Assembly: GCF_006345805.1 (NCBI RefSeq)
Contig: NC_043001.1
Coordinates: forward strand, 83,328,001 to 83,392,000
Reading direction: 5' to 3'
DNA: 64,000 bases
From: Octopus sinensis
Lineage: Eukaryota
This document shows positions 50,036 through 63,809 of the stretch, in pieces. Both the position numbers and the translations under genes were made by a program. The stretch's first letter is position 1, and every line of letters begins with the position of its first letter. The notes below the pieces were generated by a model, which was not told the origin of the DNA, ran no database searches, and saw only the letters and a program-made list of their open reading frames with translations.

Positions 50036-50617
50036 AATGACTAAAAGGAGAGACAGACTCCCTCCTTACTACAAGCGAGTTATATCAGCACTGATTGCAA
50101 ATTGAACTAATCTTCATGTGACCCATTACTCCGTCGCTGAGGGTTAAAGAACCTAATTCACTTTATCAGCCTTATAGAGAACACAATACGGAACATTGAT
50201 TGATTTTGAAAATATTGAAGTGAGAATTATAATTTATTAAGGTGGCTATTCGCAATTTAGAACCGAAAGTCAACAAGTATAGTCGTCAATAAAGTGACGG
50301 AGAGTGCTAGTAGGCAACAGGATTGCTAGAAATAAGAGTCAAAACAACTCTTTGCCACATTAGAGCACTTTTCTCACTTCGCAATTTTCGAAATCAGTCG
50401 ATGTTTCCTGTAGTGTAGATGACTCCAAGAACTCGAGACAATATTGTCCAGGGTACTTTACTTCTCTTGCAATGTAGATTATGAATATTGGACTTCAGAG
50501 GAGGTACTTATAGTGGTCGTTGGAATGTCATGCACGGAGGCAAGAATGAAGCACGGCCACTCCTATAATTTCTCCGCACGGAACGTGCGGATACAAACGA
50601 AACACCGCAAGACTCAC

Positions 50618-50741
50618 CGGCTGCATCGTCCGCTGCGGCTTCTCTTTAAGTAGCAGAATCAGTAAAAAGAATCACAGTTGAAGATGATCACCACTGCATT
50701 CGATGGAGAACCATAGGCAAGTGTTGCCTTTCTAGACACCT
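50618..50741 (-). other. Candidate non-coding/5'-UTR exon of a minus-strand gene
   Basis: Acceptor TTATTGTTGTACAG|, donor ACGATGCAGCCG|GTGAGT. CpG-rich unique context. All three frames contain stops. Confidence 0.35.
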
Positions 50742-50864
50742 CTGTACAACAATAAATACTCCACTCAGTACCACGCTGAATTATCTAGATTAAATAGTCA
50801 CGCCTGAAATCATACAAAAGAAATAATAAAGAAGGAAAAACGAGAAAAAAATATGCACCAAATT

Positions 50865-50904
<40 letters not shown>

Positions 50905-51218
50905 TATATGAACAGATACAAACACACAGATGCACACACACACATTCATAAACAGTGCATCAGTATTAATCTATATTAATCTTCCTTTGTGTCTATATAT
51001 AAAAGAAACACGTGCGTCTCTCTCTCTCTCTCTCTCTCTCCTTCTCTCAATATATATATACATAGATAGATATAGCTACATATATATATATATACATATA
51101 TATATATAATATTCATATGCATATATATTTATAAGTATATATGTATATTCATATATACATATATATATATATATATAATATATATATATATATGTATGTA
51201 TATATTATATATATATGT

Positions 51219-51252
<34 letters not shown>

Positions 51253-51371
51253 ATATAGATATGTAATATGTATATAATATATATGTATATATATATATAT
51301 ATATATGTGTATATTTATATATATATGAATAATATATATATGGGAATATATAGATATATATATATATATAT

Positions 51372-51402
<31 letters not shown>

Positions 51403-52054
51403 CAATATACATATATATATATATGTATACACACACATATATACACTATACATACACATACAGGTATACACAAACACATAAACATATACACATACAGGTA
51501 CACAAGCACACACGAACATATAAATATGGAGAGAAATGCCCCTTCTTCACCCTAACTCATAAAACAATGGGAAGAAAGGAAAGTTAGCTGTGTGATGTGT
51601 AGTGGCCTACATCCCGATTGAATCGGTGCCAAACATCGACAGTGGCATCACTGGTTTTCTAGCTATACCATCATACCATCACATAAATATCTTGGCATCA
51701 ACGCTAATGGTAATTGGCGGTTCTGATGCAAGTCTGTATGTGTATGTGCGTGTGTATGCCTGTATATGTGTTTGTGTGTGTGTGTGTACGTGGTGGGGTA
51801 ATGAACAGCTACATTGACCCCCAAATACACATCCACGCACATATATGCTAATACATATATGCTAACACACGTTTGAGAATTCTAACTATAAACACACACA
51901 CACAAACACACACATGCTTACACTGTCACATACACATACATACGATTACGACGATTTTGTAAGTACACACGATTTCTTCTATTTTTAATTATTAGAAGTC
52001 TTTTCTTTATACGTATATGCGTGTGTATGTATATATATTATGTATATATATATC

Positions 52055-52092
<38 letters not shown>

Positions 52093-52364
52093 ATATATGT
52101 TGTGTGTGTGTATGGTGTGTGTGTGTGTGTGTGAGTGTGTGTGTGTGTTATCAATGGAATACATAAAACTCAGATTAGCAACAAGCCTTATCCTCCGCCC
52201 TGATATGACAAAAATCTATCTATCAGTCTATATGTGTACATATATGTATGTATATATCTATATGAATGCATGCATGTATGTATGTGTGTATCTGGGCGTA
52301 CGTGCGTACATGCATACATGCATACATGTGTTTTATATTATATGTAGACATAGGACAGCATATT

Positions 52365-52580
52365 ATTTTCTACTCTAGGCACAACGCCCGAAATTTTGAG
52401 GGATGGGGCCAGTCGATTATATCGACTCCAGTACGCAACTGGTACTTAATGTATCGACCCTCAAACGATGAAAGGCAATGTCGACCTCGACGAAATTTGA
52501 ACACAGAACGTAAAGACAGACGAAATACCTCTATGGATTTCGCTCGACGTGCTAACGTTTCTGCCGGCTCGTTGCCTTAC
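52365..52580 (-). mobile_element. Family-A SINE
   Basis: TTTCTACTCTAGGCACAACGCCCG...GCTAACGTTTCTGCCGGCTCGTTGCCTT. Confidence 0.85.
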
Positions 52581-53109
52581 ACAGGATAATATATAGCATG
52601 TTATACTCATACTCACATACATATACATACATGTCACAAAACTCTGGACTTATTTCCTCGTAGTTCATTTTAATTTCATTTATGAAAATTAGCCACGCCA
52701 TAAAAATGTTCTCCGATATCTCGTCTACAGAAGATCTTGTAGGACAAATGTTGTGCTAACGACGCTTATTGAGGCAGAAACATTACTACAGGTTCTCTGT
52801 TGTTGCTAGCCAACCAGACTGTATTTTCTTTTATGTATGTCAGTTTCGGACAATTCTTGTTTCTTGAGATTTTCTACTCTTCCTATTTGCTATCACAAAG
52901 CTATTGTTCTGCCATATCCTAGAGCAGAGATGATTTCCAATAAACGACGAATTTTTCTTTTGTGGTACTAAATATACCCTCGTTTAACTTTGTAACTTAA
53001 ATGCTTGTCACTGTCCATTCAAAGTTATTTCTTCAATCTCATTTCCGCTCTCTCTCTGTATATATATATATATATATTACACACACACACTCACACACAC
53101 ACACACACA

Positions 53110-53153
<44 letters not shown>

Positions 53154-53189
53154 GTATATAAATATGTAAACACACATACGAGTATTTGA

Positions 53190-53244
<55 letters not shown>

Positions 53245-53346
53245 GATCTATCTGTCGTCTGTCTGTCTGTCTGTCTGTCTGCCTGACTCTCTCTCTCTCT
53301 TCCTTTATCTCTCTCTTTCTCTCTCCCTCCCTCTCTCTCTCTCTCT

Positions 53347-53381
<35 letters not shown>

Positions 53382-53385
53382 AATA

Positions 53386-53462
53386 ATTAAGAAAATGGTG
53401 AGATATAATGGATATAAATTAATTACTAATTCATATCCATTATATCTCTCCGTTTTCTTAAT
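53386..53462. repeat. Short palindrome (about 30-bp arms)
   Basis: ATTAAGAAAATGGTGAGATATAATGGATAT ... ATATCCATTATATCTCTCCGTTTTCTTAAT. Confidence 0.85.
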
Positions 53463-54011
53463 AACATTTGATACTTGTATAATATATTTATTGAAGAATT
53501 ATATCTGCAAAATATAATATATTAAGCCAGTGTATCTTGGATAAATCAATCCGAATAAGAGGTTTATATATTCTCATGAGTATATGTATATATATACATA
53601 CATACATAGATTTGATAAACTAGCATATAAATTAAAACTGAATCCCGCCCCATTAGTAAATCTAAATAATAGCAATAATCAGTGATAAGCAGTGTCTTTT
53701 TTGAAAAAGTCTCAGTTACAACTGTGATGTTGTTGGTAAAACATATTCTTTGTCTATCTCCTTATCTTCTTGGTGATTTTGGAAATTCTATATCTTTATG
53801 CAGCTGAAGGTTGCCCTACATTTTAAATTGATGTAATGTTTGCATTGTTCAATTAAATGGAGTCGCATGAAACGATCGTACTGCATTACCTCTGGATATC
53901 CTTATTGCTTACTTTGATTATACATACATATATAAATCCTCATAATGACTCTATCTATCTATCTATATATATATATATATATATAATATATATTATATAT
54001 ATGTATATATG

Positions 54012-54045
<34 letters not shown>

Positions 54046-54051
54046 TGTATG

Positions 54052-54099
<48 letters not shown>

Positions 54100-54361
54100 A
54101 TATATATATATGAATATACATTTATTCTTTATGTTTGGCGAGCTTAGACTAATGAAGTGTCGTTGGTTGACCCGTCGCCTTTTCTTTATATTCATTAATG
54201 ACTATGAATCAACTTTGAGTGTACTAGCTCTTCTAATGATGTTGATACATTTCCTAAGAATTAGTCATCTGTAGATTCTAATGTTTCCTTTTTGTGGAGT
54301 TGGTAAATGGCTGAGATACTAAGGGATCACTGGTTCGCATATCATCACCGTCGTTGCAAAA

Positions 54362-54931
54362 TATTGGGTAGTATGGAAAGTTCGTGCCGATTTTTAAAGG
54401 AAAGAAAAAGGTCAATAAATAATTGCCATTACATTTTTAATCAACCATATATGAAACATTTTGTTGCACAATGCGTCTCTATCTTTCCTTTAACTTGAAA
54501 GTACCCTCTTCCCAGAATTGAGGCGGTTTCGTGGCAAAGAATTCATCAAGATACCTTTTTACGTCATCCAAGGAATTGAAATCTTTACCATTAAGACAAT
54601 TCTGCAGAGACCTGAATAAGTGGAAATCCGAAGGAGCAATATCTGGTGAATATGGTGGGTGGGGTAACACATCCTAACCGAGCTGCAGCAATTTTTGTCT
54701 GGTTCTCAAAGCATCAAGTGCCGAAAACGAACTTTCTTATCTTCCATTTTAAAGGGTTACAGAATTAACACAGGTTATAGAAGCATAAACCTTCTGCCGC
54801 GAAAAGATAGCTCAAACTATGCTCTAAATGGAGGTGTAGTCAAATCTTATTTTATGGACTCAACCATGTTCTAAGATAAATCGAAATATAAGCTACTATA
54901 AATCGGCACGAACTTTCCGAACAACCCAATA
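54362..54931 (-). mobile_element. Internally deleted mariner (570 bp) with intact TIRs
   Basis: TIRs TATTGGGTAGTATGGAAAGTTCGTGCCGATTT / AAATCGGCACGAACTTTCCGAACAACCCAATA. PHPPYSPDIAPSDFHLFRSLQ motif. Confidence 0.9.
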
Positions 54932-54988
54932 GATATATATCCCTGAAGCACGGTTTGTTTAGTTTTACCGTTTTACCCCTCTCTAACC

Positions 54989-55150
54989 CAGTGCCCCGCA
55001 ACTGGTATGCCGCGGCACACTGGTGTGCCATGAGACGACGCTAGGTGTACCATCGTGTAACCCGAACATAATTTTTCTCTATACTTTTAGTTACATTTTT
55101 AGTTCAGGTGTGCCGCCGAAAAGAATATGTGTGCCGCAAGTGAAAAAAAT
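54989..55150. mobile_element. hAT (Charlie-like) non-autonomous fragment
   Basis: CAGTG...CAACTGGTATGCCGCGGCACACTGGTGTGCC terminal pattern and internal GTGTGCCGC repeats. Confidence 0.5.
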
Positions 55151-55874
55151 ATTCCAGAGGAGAAAGTACTGAAGGTTTCATACTTGTGTCCTACCTTTCG
55201 CACACAGATATGGTGCAGACACCAACACAGATAACATACGTCAAACCTATCTTATATCTACGAGGAGACCCCCTCGAAAGCCATCTCGAATAGGATCATG
55301 TGAACCTCGTCCCTTTTGACAGTACTTAAAATCAATGTAAGATTGTACAAGATTGTTTCGCTTATACTGAAACAATCTTGTACGCCAGACAAACTTGCTT
55401 TAATCAATATGCAACTTGAAGTTGCTACAAATGTAATGTCAAAACACATTTAAAGATCAGGTTCATTAATATTAATTAATAATAATTAATTTTAATTCCG
55501 TGTCTCGCCTGATTTGGTTGACCAGGAAAACTCATTAAAATAATGGTTTGCTCTCCCCACTAAGAATGTAGTTTTAATTAATTAATTAAAAATTTCTTGT
55601 CTATATTAAGCATGTTAGCATTCACTTAACTACTAATTTAATCAGTTTGGAAGGTATGGGGAGACAATCCCTACAGGCTAAAGTCACGTTAAAGGTCATT
55701 AGCGATGCACAGCTATCCCTGTAAAGTTGAGAGAATTACTAAATAAATTTACACTGTTGTATAAGGACAGACGTAGAAATTAGCATATTTCAAAAAGAAA
55801 AGAAATTTATATTTCGTTTTTGGATTTGGTTTGCAAGATTCTTTATATGAGTTCGTGTGTTGAAGCATATTCTT

Positions 55875-56099
55875 TTGTGTCTGGGGAGAGTCATTTTCTT
55901 TTGTGCCTTATAATGTAACACACTCACCGGTAAAATTTCCACTTATTTCTTATTTTTATTTTCCTAAAATTTCCGTTGCGTCTTGCAACCTTTTCAATAG
56001 TCTTTTAGGAAAATGAAAACAAGAAATAAGTGGAAATTTTGCCGCTGTGTGTGTTACATTACTAGACACAAAAAAGAAAATGACTCTCCCCAGACACAA
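55875..56099. repeat. Fold-back element: about 95-bp diverged inverted arms, 33-bp spacer
   Basis: TTGTGTCTGGGGAGAGTCATTTTC...TTCCTAAAA versus TTTTAGGAAA...GAAAATGACTCTCCCCAGACACAA. Confidence 0.75.
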
Positions 56100-56117
56100 C
56101 AAAAGAAATTTAGTTTA

Positions 56118-56269
56118 CCGTGTTTGCTCGTGTATAAGTTGCACCATTTTACGTTTGATTTTTGTCTGGTATGTGACTGATAAAGGAGAAAAGCTAAAAC
56201 TATGAAGATCTATCTCTAAATTGGGGGTACACTTGCACACGAGTGCAACTTATACACGAATAAGTACGG
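56118..56269. mobile_element. Short pogo-like MITE
   Basis: TA|CCGTGTTTGCTCGTGTATAAGTTGCAC ... GTGCAACTTATACACGAATAAGTACGG|TA. Confidence 0.75.
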
Positions 56270-56624
56270 TAATTACTCAGAGTCGCTATCCACATGCAAA
56301 TCAACAGCTAAGTGTTAATATCTTCAATGCAAGTAGCAACAAAAACCTAAGAGATATTAAAGCGATATGGGAAAGACAGTACTAGCTACATCACTCAATA
56401 TGTCTTGAAGCTTATTAGACATATCAAGACAGTAAGGTGTATTGTGTTTTGTAAAGTAGAATACCAAGGAATTTGGTAGAAAACTGAGAGACTGTATAGT
56501 CGTTTCTACAGTGCCACGTTTTGATTTTATTTGATGATGTCCCTTTACACTGGCTTCAAATTTTGGCATAAGACCAGCCAGTTCAGGAAAGGGGCAAGTT
56601 AACTACATCAACCCCAGTGCTCCA

Positions 56625-56835
56625 CATTAGGCACAAGGTTCGAAATTTTGGGGGACGGGGCCAGCCGATTAGATCAACCCCAGCACGCAACTGGTACTTA
56701 ATTTATCGACCCCGAAAGGATGAAAGGCAAAGTCGACCGCAGCGGAAATTGAACTCAGAATGTTCTGAACCAAAACGACATGCTGTAAGCATTTCGCCCG
56801 GTATGCTAACGATTCAGCCAGCTCATTGCCTTAGG
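56625..56835 (-). mobile_element. Family-A SINE
   Basis: Reverse-complement full-length copy. Confidence 0.85.
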
Positions 56836-57360
56836 TGTCCTTTGATAGTGAATGGCTTTGGAGAAAGAGCTATACGCTAGTGTTCACATGTCCTTAGATT
56901 TCGGTGAGATCGACATGCTTAACGTTCATACGAGACTATCGCAACTCTTTAGTTACACGAAGGGAATATTTCCTAAAAGGAATTCCAGAAGGTCGATATT
57001 CTACAGGAGAAAGGACTGAAGGTGGTGATTAGTGTAGGATGGGAGTGATAGCTGGTAGGCATATGAAGAATACGAATCCAGGGACAGGAGCTGAGGCGGT
57101 ACGACACGAAACCAGCCATATCAATGAGCAGTGGCCACTGTAGTAACGGGAGATAATCCAGAGAGAGAAAGAGGACACAGCGTGTCTGTGATCTGGACGA
57201 GGGAGTGTATTGATGAGCAAGTTTTGTAACAATATTGCATGTGTCTAAGTTGTTTTCTGTGTGTAGCAGCAATAGTAGCAGCAGGAGCAGTAGCAGGTGT
57301 GAGGGGCTGAATCTGGCTGGTTTGAACATAAAACAGACAGAATATGAGAATTCGTTCCCC

Positions 57361-57870
57361 CGGGCCGGACACGAAATTTTCTTTCCCTCGAGAGTTTCGG
57401 ATCCTAATTATGAACTCATTTGCATACAGCCAATCAGAGCTCAACTATCAAACTAATTTATGAACGCATAACAAGTGATGGGCGATAAGATAAAGTCACT
57501 TGGGTATGAAACGGCTATGCTTCTTTTCTCTTTAAAGAATGCTTGTTGTTGTTTTTGTTTCTGCGTAGTTATTTGTGTTGTTGTTTACTTTGTAAAACAG
57601 TAAGGGGAGAAGGTTGCTAGCACATCACCCTCGACCCACATTTTTCTCATCCACATCTTTACTACATGGGGCCCTAACAAAATCCGATAATAGGTATAGA
57701 TGCAAATCTATCTAATTACTTGTTTCCTTCTGAAATCAGGCATAACTTGGCAATCGGTCGACTTACAACACCGTTCTTCGTCTTGGTCAAGGTGAGCTCT
57801 GATCAGCTGTATGCAAATGAGTTCATTACTGTGACCCGGAACTCGCGTGTGAAAAAATTTCGCGGGCCGG
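57361..57870. mobile_element. Old MITE-like element with about 85-bp diverged inverted ends
   Basis: ATGAACTCATTTGCATACAGCCAATCAGAGCTC (about 57410) versus GAGCTCTGATCAGCTGTATGCAAATGAGTTCAT (about 57794). Confidence 0.55.
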
Positions 57871-57939
57871 ACCGTCAATCGAAAATTCCACTGCGACGAG
57901 AGAGGATATTCGACAAAAGCGACCTGATCTACGGAGCGC

Positions 57940-58335
57940 AAAGAATTGGATTCTTCGCAACGGAAAAGAACCCTGTCACCAAGCCCTCCTCACTCGTGAG
58001 TTTCTCGCCAAAAACATGGTATCGTTTCTGCACCCGCCCAATTCGCCAGATTTAGCACCTGCGGACTTCCATCTCTTCCCCAAGATGAAAATACAGCTCA
58101 CTGGTCACCGTTTTAACACCGTTGTCGAGATCAAGAGTGAATCGCAGAATATCCTTGACTCGCTTACAGAAAATGACTTCCAGACTGGATTCCAAAAGTG
58201 GCGGGAATGCCGGGACCAGTGCAATGCTACGCAAGGTAACTATTTCGAAGGTGATGATTATAAAACTTAGGTAAATACGCTATTTTTAAAATGAAACATA
58301 ACTTGTCCGGGAGCATGACTAGTCCCGGAACCTAT
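57940..58335 (+). mobile_element. Mariner transposase C-terminal fragment
   Basis: HPPNSPDLAPADFHLFPKMKIQLTGHRF...QGNYFEGD. Confidence 0.8.
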
Positions 58336-59134
58336 TTAAGCTGAATAGGGACAGTTTAAATTCTAAAGAGTTAATAGGATTAACAGTCGTGTGCGTGCTA
58401 CGAGTATGTTGAAGATGTTCGCGATAGCCTAACGTACAAGTGTTACATTTCAGGAACTTAAACTGATAAACAAAAAACAAACAAACAACAGCAATAACAA
58501 CAACAACAGCAGCAGCGATAACAAAAATAGTTTCGACAACAGCAATTACAACGATAGTAATAATGTAGAAGTCTATAGCAAAGAGGAATCGAATTTATCA
58601 AAGTTGATTTTGCTGGTCAGTGAGTTTCTCTCGTTGAATATAAATACAGACAATGGAAACCGAACGAAGTTAGGTGTTGTGACGTGTATATATCAAACTG
58701 CTTGACAAGGTGAGGATGGAATGGTATAGTAAGTATACGGTGCAGTGTAGTGCAAGTCGAATGTGGGCCATAAATAACAATTATAAATATATTTGCACCA
58801 ATTAGTACACTGGTAAACTGAGCAATTCGGAAACTATCTGACAAAAATGGATCAAAGAATATTCACTGCCGCCAAAAACAAAAAGAAAAGGAAAGAAAAG
58901 AAAGGAAAGCAGGAAAGAAAAGAAAAAGAAAAATGATTTCTTGAGAAGTGGCTTTTGCCAAACGAATAAATTAGACTGGAATGATGCCATGAGATAGGTT
59001 GGTGAAGAAGACGGTCAAGTTTTTGGTTTTGTTGCTGCTGTGAAACTGGAGCGAACTGTGAAGGGAAGTGAAAGGTGGGTGGGCGAGTGGGAAGGAAGTT
59101 TTTAAAGAATTTTATATACTGTGTATTATGCTTT

Positions 59135-59585
59135 TATTCTTTCATTTGTTTCAGTTATTTGACTGGGACCTTGCTGGAGCACCGTTTTGAAGGATTTTAG
59201 TCGAAGAAATCGACCCCAGGACTTATTTCTAAAGTCAAGTACTTATTTTATCGCTCTCTTTTGCCGAACCGCTAATGTTACGGGTTGTGAAGTGGTGATG
59301 GGCTATAAATACACACGCACACACATAGACACACACAGACACACACACGCGCGCGCGCACACACACACACTCACACACACACACACACACGCACACAGGC
59401 ACACACACACATACATATATATACGACGGGCGTCTTTCAGGTTTCCGTCTACTAAATCCACTCAAGGCATCGGTCGGCCCGTGGCTATAGTAGAAGACAC
59501 TTGGCCAATGTGCCATGCAGTGGGACTGAATCCAAAGCCATGTGGTTGGGAGGAAAATTCTAACCACACACCCATACCTGCGCCT
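59135..59585 (-). mobile_element. Family-B SINE, full length
   Basis: Reverse-complement tail, (CA)n and head. Confidence 0.85.
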
Positions 59586-59592
59586 ATATATA

Positions 59593-59805
59593 TATACATT
59601 CAAACATATAAAGGATGGCCATAATAGGACATCTGACTCACTAGAAAGAGCAGTTAAACTCCAAATTACTAATAGTTGTAATTCTGAAATGGAAAGAGAA
59701 ATAAAAATGTTTACCCTATCCTTTCTGGACTATGCATAGTTTCGGCAATCTTTCTAGTGAGTCGGATGTCCTATTATGGTCATCCCTTATATGTTTGAAT
59801 GTATA
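59593..59805. mobile_element. MITE with about 57-bp TIRs
   Basis: 59593-59649 and 59749-59805 are reverse complements with about 3 mismatches. TA-flanked. TIR core GGCCATAATAGG..CACTAGAAA is shared with the 18937 palindrome. Confidence 0.8.
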
Positions 59806-59887
59806 TTACATACTCTATTGACTATTTTTTCTTTCTCACTTGACCGCTGGTAGCGGAGAATTTTTTGCTACCCTAAAATTTATTAAG

Positions 59888-59927
<40 letters not shown>

Positions 59928-60808
59928 ATATATATATATATAATATATACCATGAATAATATATAAATATACGGGGGTGCATCAGCATGGCCGCAGTTCT
60001 GAGCTGAAACTAGAGAGAAAAATATGCATATATACATACATATATGTACATACCTACATATATATATGTATATATACATGCGTATATGGGTACAGGACAT
60101 AAAAAAGAAACGTTGAACTTAATGAGAAACGAAAACATAAAAACAAAAACATAGAAACGAACTTTTTTTCAAATAACGAAAAAAAAACCCCAGAGAAACG
60201 AGACATACAGCGCACGGAATATTCCCCTTCTTCAGTTGTCCCTGTTTCATTTACTCCACGAAACGAAGGCAAGGACAAGACGCATCTTCGTTGAAATAAT
60301 CCTACCCGCAAAGCAAATTAGATAAAATTTTGGATTTTTTGCAGAGGGTGAAAGTGGTAACAAGAACAGGACAGTAAGAACAAAACAGTAAAAACAATAA
60401 AAAAAGTAAAAACAGTAAAAGACAGAACAATAAGAACAAAGCAGTAAAAACAAATGATGAGGGCTGTTAAGCGAAGATGATGGCAAAATTATTCTGAACG
60501 CTTAAGGAGACTTATGAAGAGACAGATAAGCTGGTTTGGTCATACCTGTCTTAATCTATTCATATTAATGTACTACCATCATTTCTATACTATATGTAAT
60601 CAGAAGAAAGGCAATGAAATTTCCCTTCTGAATCTCATCGAGAATCTCAAACTGAAAAAAATAGAACATTAGCTAAAACATTAAATGGAAGATTTCCCCT
60701 TTGCCAAGCAATAAGAAAGGTGGCTAATTCTGTATGACGGATTGCATAGAAATTCTCTTTGCAAACATTTCCCTCCTTAACTAACACGCGTATTTCATAT
60801 TGTCTATA

Positions 60809-61693
60809 CGAGTTGCATTCAAAAAGTACCCGACTTTATTTTTTCCTGCCAAAACTAATGTTGCGTGGGCAAAAATCCTCTGGGTGGAAGGTGAAAATTT
60901 TCGTACCGGTAAGCCGCGTCAGTTCCCACGAGTTTTGGCTTGATTACAGACATGTAGTGCGTGCTCGTCGGAGTTTCGTTTTCAATCAAGGTGACCGAAC
61001 GCATCGAACAGAGACTATGTTCTACCACCAGTGGTAAAGACTGAGTCCTTGTTTGCACAGCCCTGCATGTCCTGGGTGATTTCCATGCGTAGTTGCTTCT
61101 GCTGCTCTCCCAGCATCTTGGCGATGAATTTTGCCAACACTCTTGGCATGCACAAATCCTCCATTAAAATGGAATGCACTGATCCTGTGCTTACTTCCAC
61201 TTCTTGAGCAATTTCCTGGATTGCTACCCGACGATTTTCCATGACTATTCGCCGAAACTTCTCAATCGGCTTCTCGTTTCGGCTTGAGGATAGCCGGTCG
61301 GAGCATACCTCACACTCCATTGAGGTGCAGCCATGTTTGAAGCGGTTGTAACACTCTTTGATCTGAGTTTAGCCCATGGCATCATCACTAAAGGCTTGCT
61401 GAATCTCCTGGATGATTTGAGCTTGAGTATCACCAAACTTTTGGCAAAACTTTATACAATATCTCTGCTCGATGCAAACGAAAATCCGACGAGCGCATAA
61501 TACACGTCTGTGACGAACGCGCACTACACATCTGTACTCCGGGTGTAACAACTGGAAACTGACGCGGCTTATCTCTGCCAAAATTTTCACTCAAGCACAG
61601 GAAAGGTGGTATAACCTCCTATCCAAAGAATTTCACCCACGTGGCATTAATTTTGGTAAAAAATAAAGTCGCATAATTTTGGAACGCATCTCG
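60809..61693 (-). mobile_element. Internally deleted mariner with TIRs and TA TSD
   Basis: TA|CGAGTTGCATTCAAAAAGTACCCGACTTTATTTT ... AAAATAAAGTCGCATAATTTTGGAACGCATCTCG|TA. N-terminal transposase EQRYCIKFC and VLAKFIAKML (variant of the WVPR motif). Confidence 0.88.
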
Positions 61694-61714
61694 TATAAAA
61701 ATTTAAAACATTAC

Positions 61715-62130
61715 TCTTTACTCTCTTTACTCTTTTACTTGTTTCAGTCATTTGACTGTGGCCATGCTGGAGCACCGCCTTTAGTTGAGCAAATCGACCC
61801 CAGGACTTATTCTTTGTAAGCATAGTATTTATTTTATCGATTACTTTTGCCGAACCGCTAAGTTACGGGGACGTAAACACACCATCATCGGTTGTCAAGC
61901 GATGTTGGGGGACAAACACACACACACAAACATATACACACACATACATATATATATATATATACATATATATGACGGGCTTCTTTCAGTTTCCGTCTAC
62001 CAAATTCACTCACAAGGCTTTGGTCGGCCCGAGGCTATAGTAGAAGACACTTGCCCAAGGTGCCACGCAATGGGACTGAACCCGGAACCATGTGGTTGGT
62101 AAGCAAGCTACTTATTACACAGCCACTCCT
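61715..62130 (-). mobile_element. Family-B SINE, full length, young
   Basis: Close to the apparent consensus of the other copies. Tail ends in (AAAGAGT)n. Confidence 0.9.
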
Positions 62131-63023
62131 ACGCCACTGGGGAATTTTAGACCTTTAATTTACGTTAGCGTAAGGGTATCAGCAATAATATGAAAACATT
62201 GACAATCTGCATCAAACAACCAATCATTAATTTTTTCCGAATACATATCGTATTCATTTTACATTAAAGATAAAAACTACCTTAGATATCTCACATAAAA
62301 TATCTATTCATCTACTTCAAACTTACTTGACAATTGTACAAAGCTTAATAGGCCCATAAACCCTACCTAAATGACCCTTACAAAACCCTCATCATTCACT
62401 TATACATATAAATTGAATTTCCACCCAAATTACCCAGGCATCTTCCATATTCGTACCCTGTGCTGTACGTTATAATTTACACACTTCATACTTTATAAAA
62501 CTACGTTGTTTCACAGTCAAACAATGCTATATCGCTTATTTGATCATTGTATTAAAAACCAAACCTACACCTACTTATATTTAAATTCAATATCTACCCA
62601 GACATATTAGCGACTTCCACCGCTATAGTCACAGACCCATCTACTACAAACAGATAATTAGATTGATTCACTGAAAAATCAAATAATTCTACTACTATCA
62701 CTACAACAACAACAGCAACAATAATAACGGCAACAACTTTCTTTGAATGAACTCGATTATTCTTTGATTCTCGACTAATTATATTTTCTTTGCCCTTTCA
62801 TCACTACAAACGTACCCTCTAATATTTGTGCCAATATCGTTCTGTGCAATATAACACAATACATTTATAACAATTTCATAATTTATTTTATTAGACAACC
62901 CAAATAAACTTAGTTCAGTAGATCTCTTAATATTGTAGTTCTTTATTTACTATCCCAAACAAATATACATAGACTCCTTTCTACCGCTTAACTTTAATAA
63001 TAATAATGATAATAATAATAATG

Positions 63024-63089
<66 letters not shown>

Positions 63090-63535
63090 GTGGTATAAAA
63101 GATTGGGTACAGCAAATATTCTGCTCAATACTACAGATTTGCTTGTCAGTTGTTTGACCTTAACCAGTTGAGCATGTCCCTTAGTGGATGACGATATGTG
63201 CATCTCTGATCAGGAGCAGAAGTAGTGGGGAGCATCATAGCCTTGTGTTGAGAGGGATTCTTTGGGATTTGGACAATTCACCTTTGGGAACATGGGTGGT
63301 TCGTGCAAAAATCCTTATTCAGGGACCTTTTGAGCGGGATGGGCTACTCGACCAGAAGAAAATTCTAACTGGGCCCCACCTACATAGTCATGCGCTGTTT
63401 ATCTTGTCGCGCACATATGGTTGTGATGCATGTGCCTAGTGAACCCTTATCAGACGGGAGTCATGATGGGTATACTGGGCTTCAGGTATTTTACTCCAGT
63501 GTCACTTTCATGATATATACAGCTCTCTCACTCAA
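63090..63535 (+). mobile_element. Non-coding interspersed repeat with a TAA tail, embedded in (TAA)n
   Basis: About 450 bp of balanced-composition sequence bounded by TAA arrays, ending CTCTCTCACTC-AATAAT. No recognisable ORF. Confidence 0.4.
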
Positions 63536-63719
63536 TAATGATGATAATAATAATAATAATAATAACAATAATAATAATAATAATGGTTATAATGATGATG
63601 ATGATGGTTCCTTTTATTTGCCACCAGGATGAAGGATGAGGGGGACAATACAAAAACAGATATGTGTGGAAGTTTACAAATAATGGAATAGTTAAAAAAA
63701 CAACCAGCGTAAACGCGTA

Positions 63720-63777
<58 letters not shown>

Positions 63778-63809
63778 TAATAATAACAAAAACAACCACA
63801 ACAACAACA

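Noticed and set aside
60215-60245. Minus-strand CTGAAGAAGGGGAATATTCC
   Set aside because: No GAAA follows the hairpin; too degenerate.
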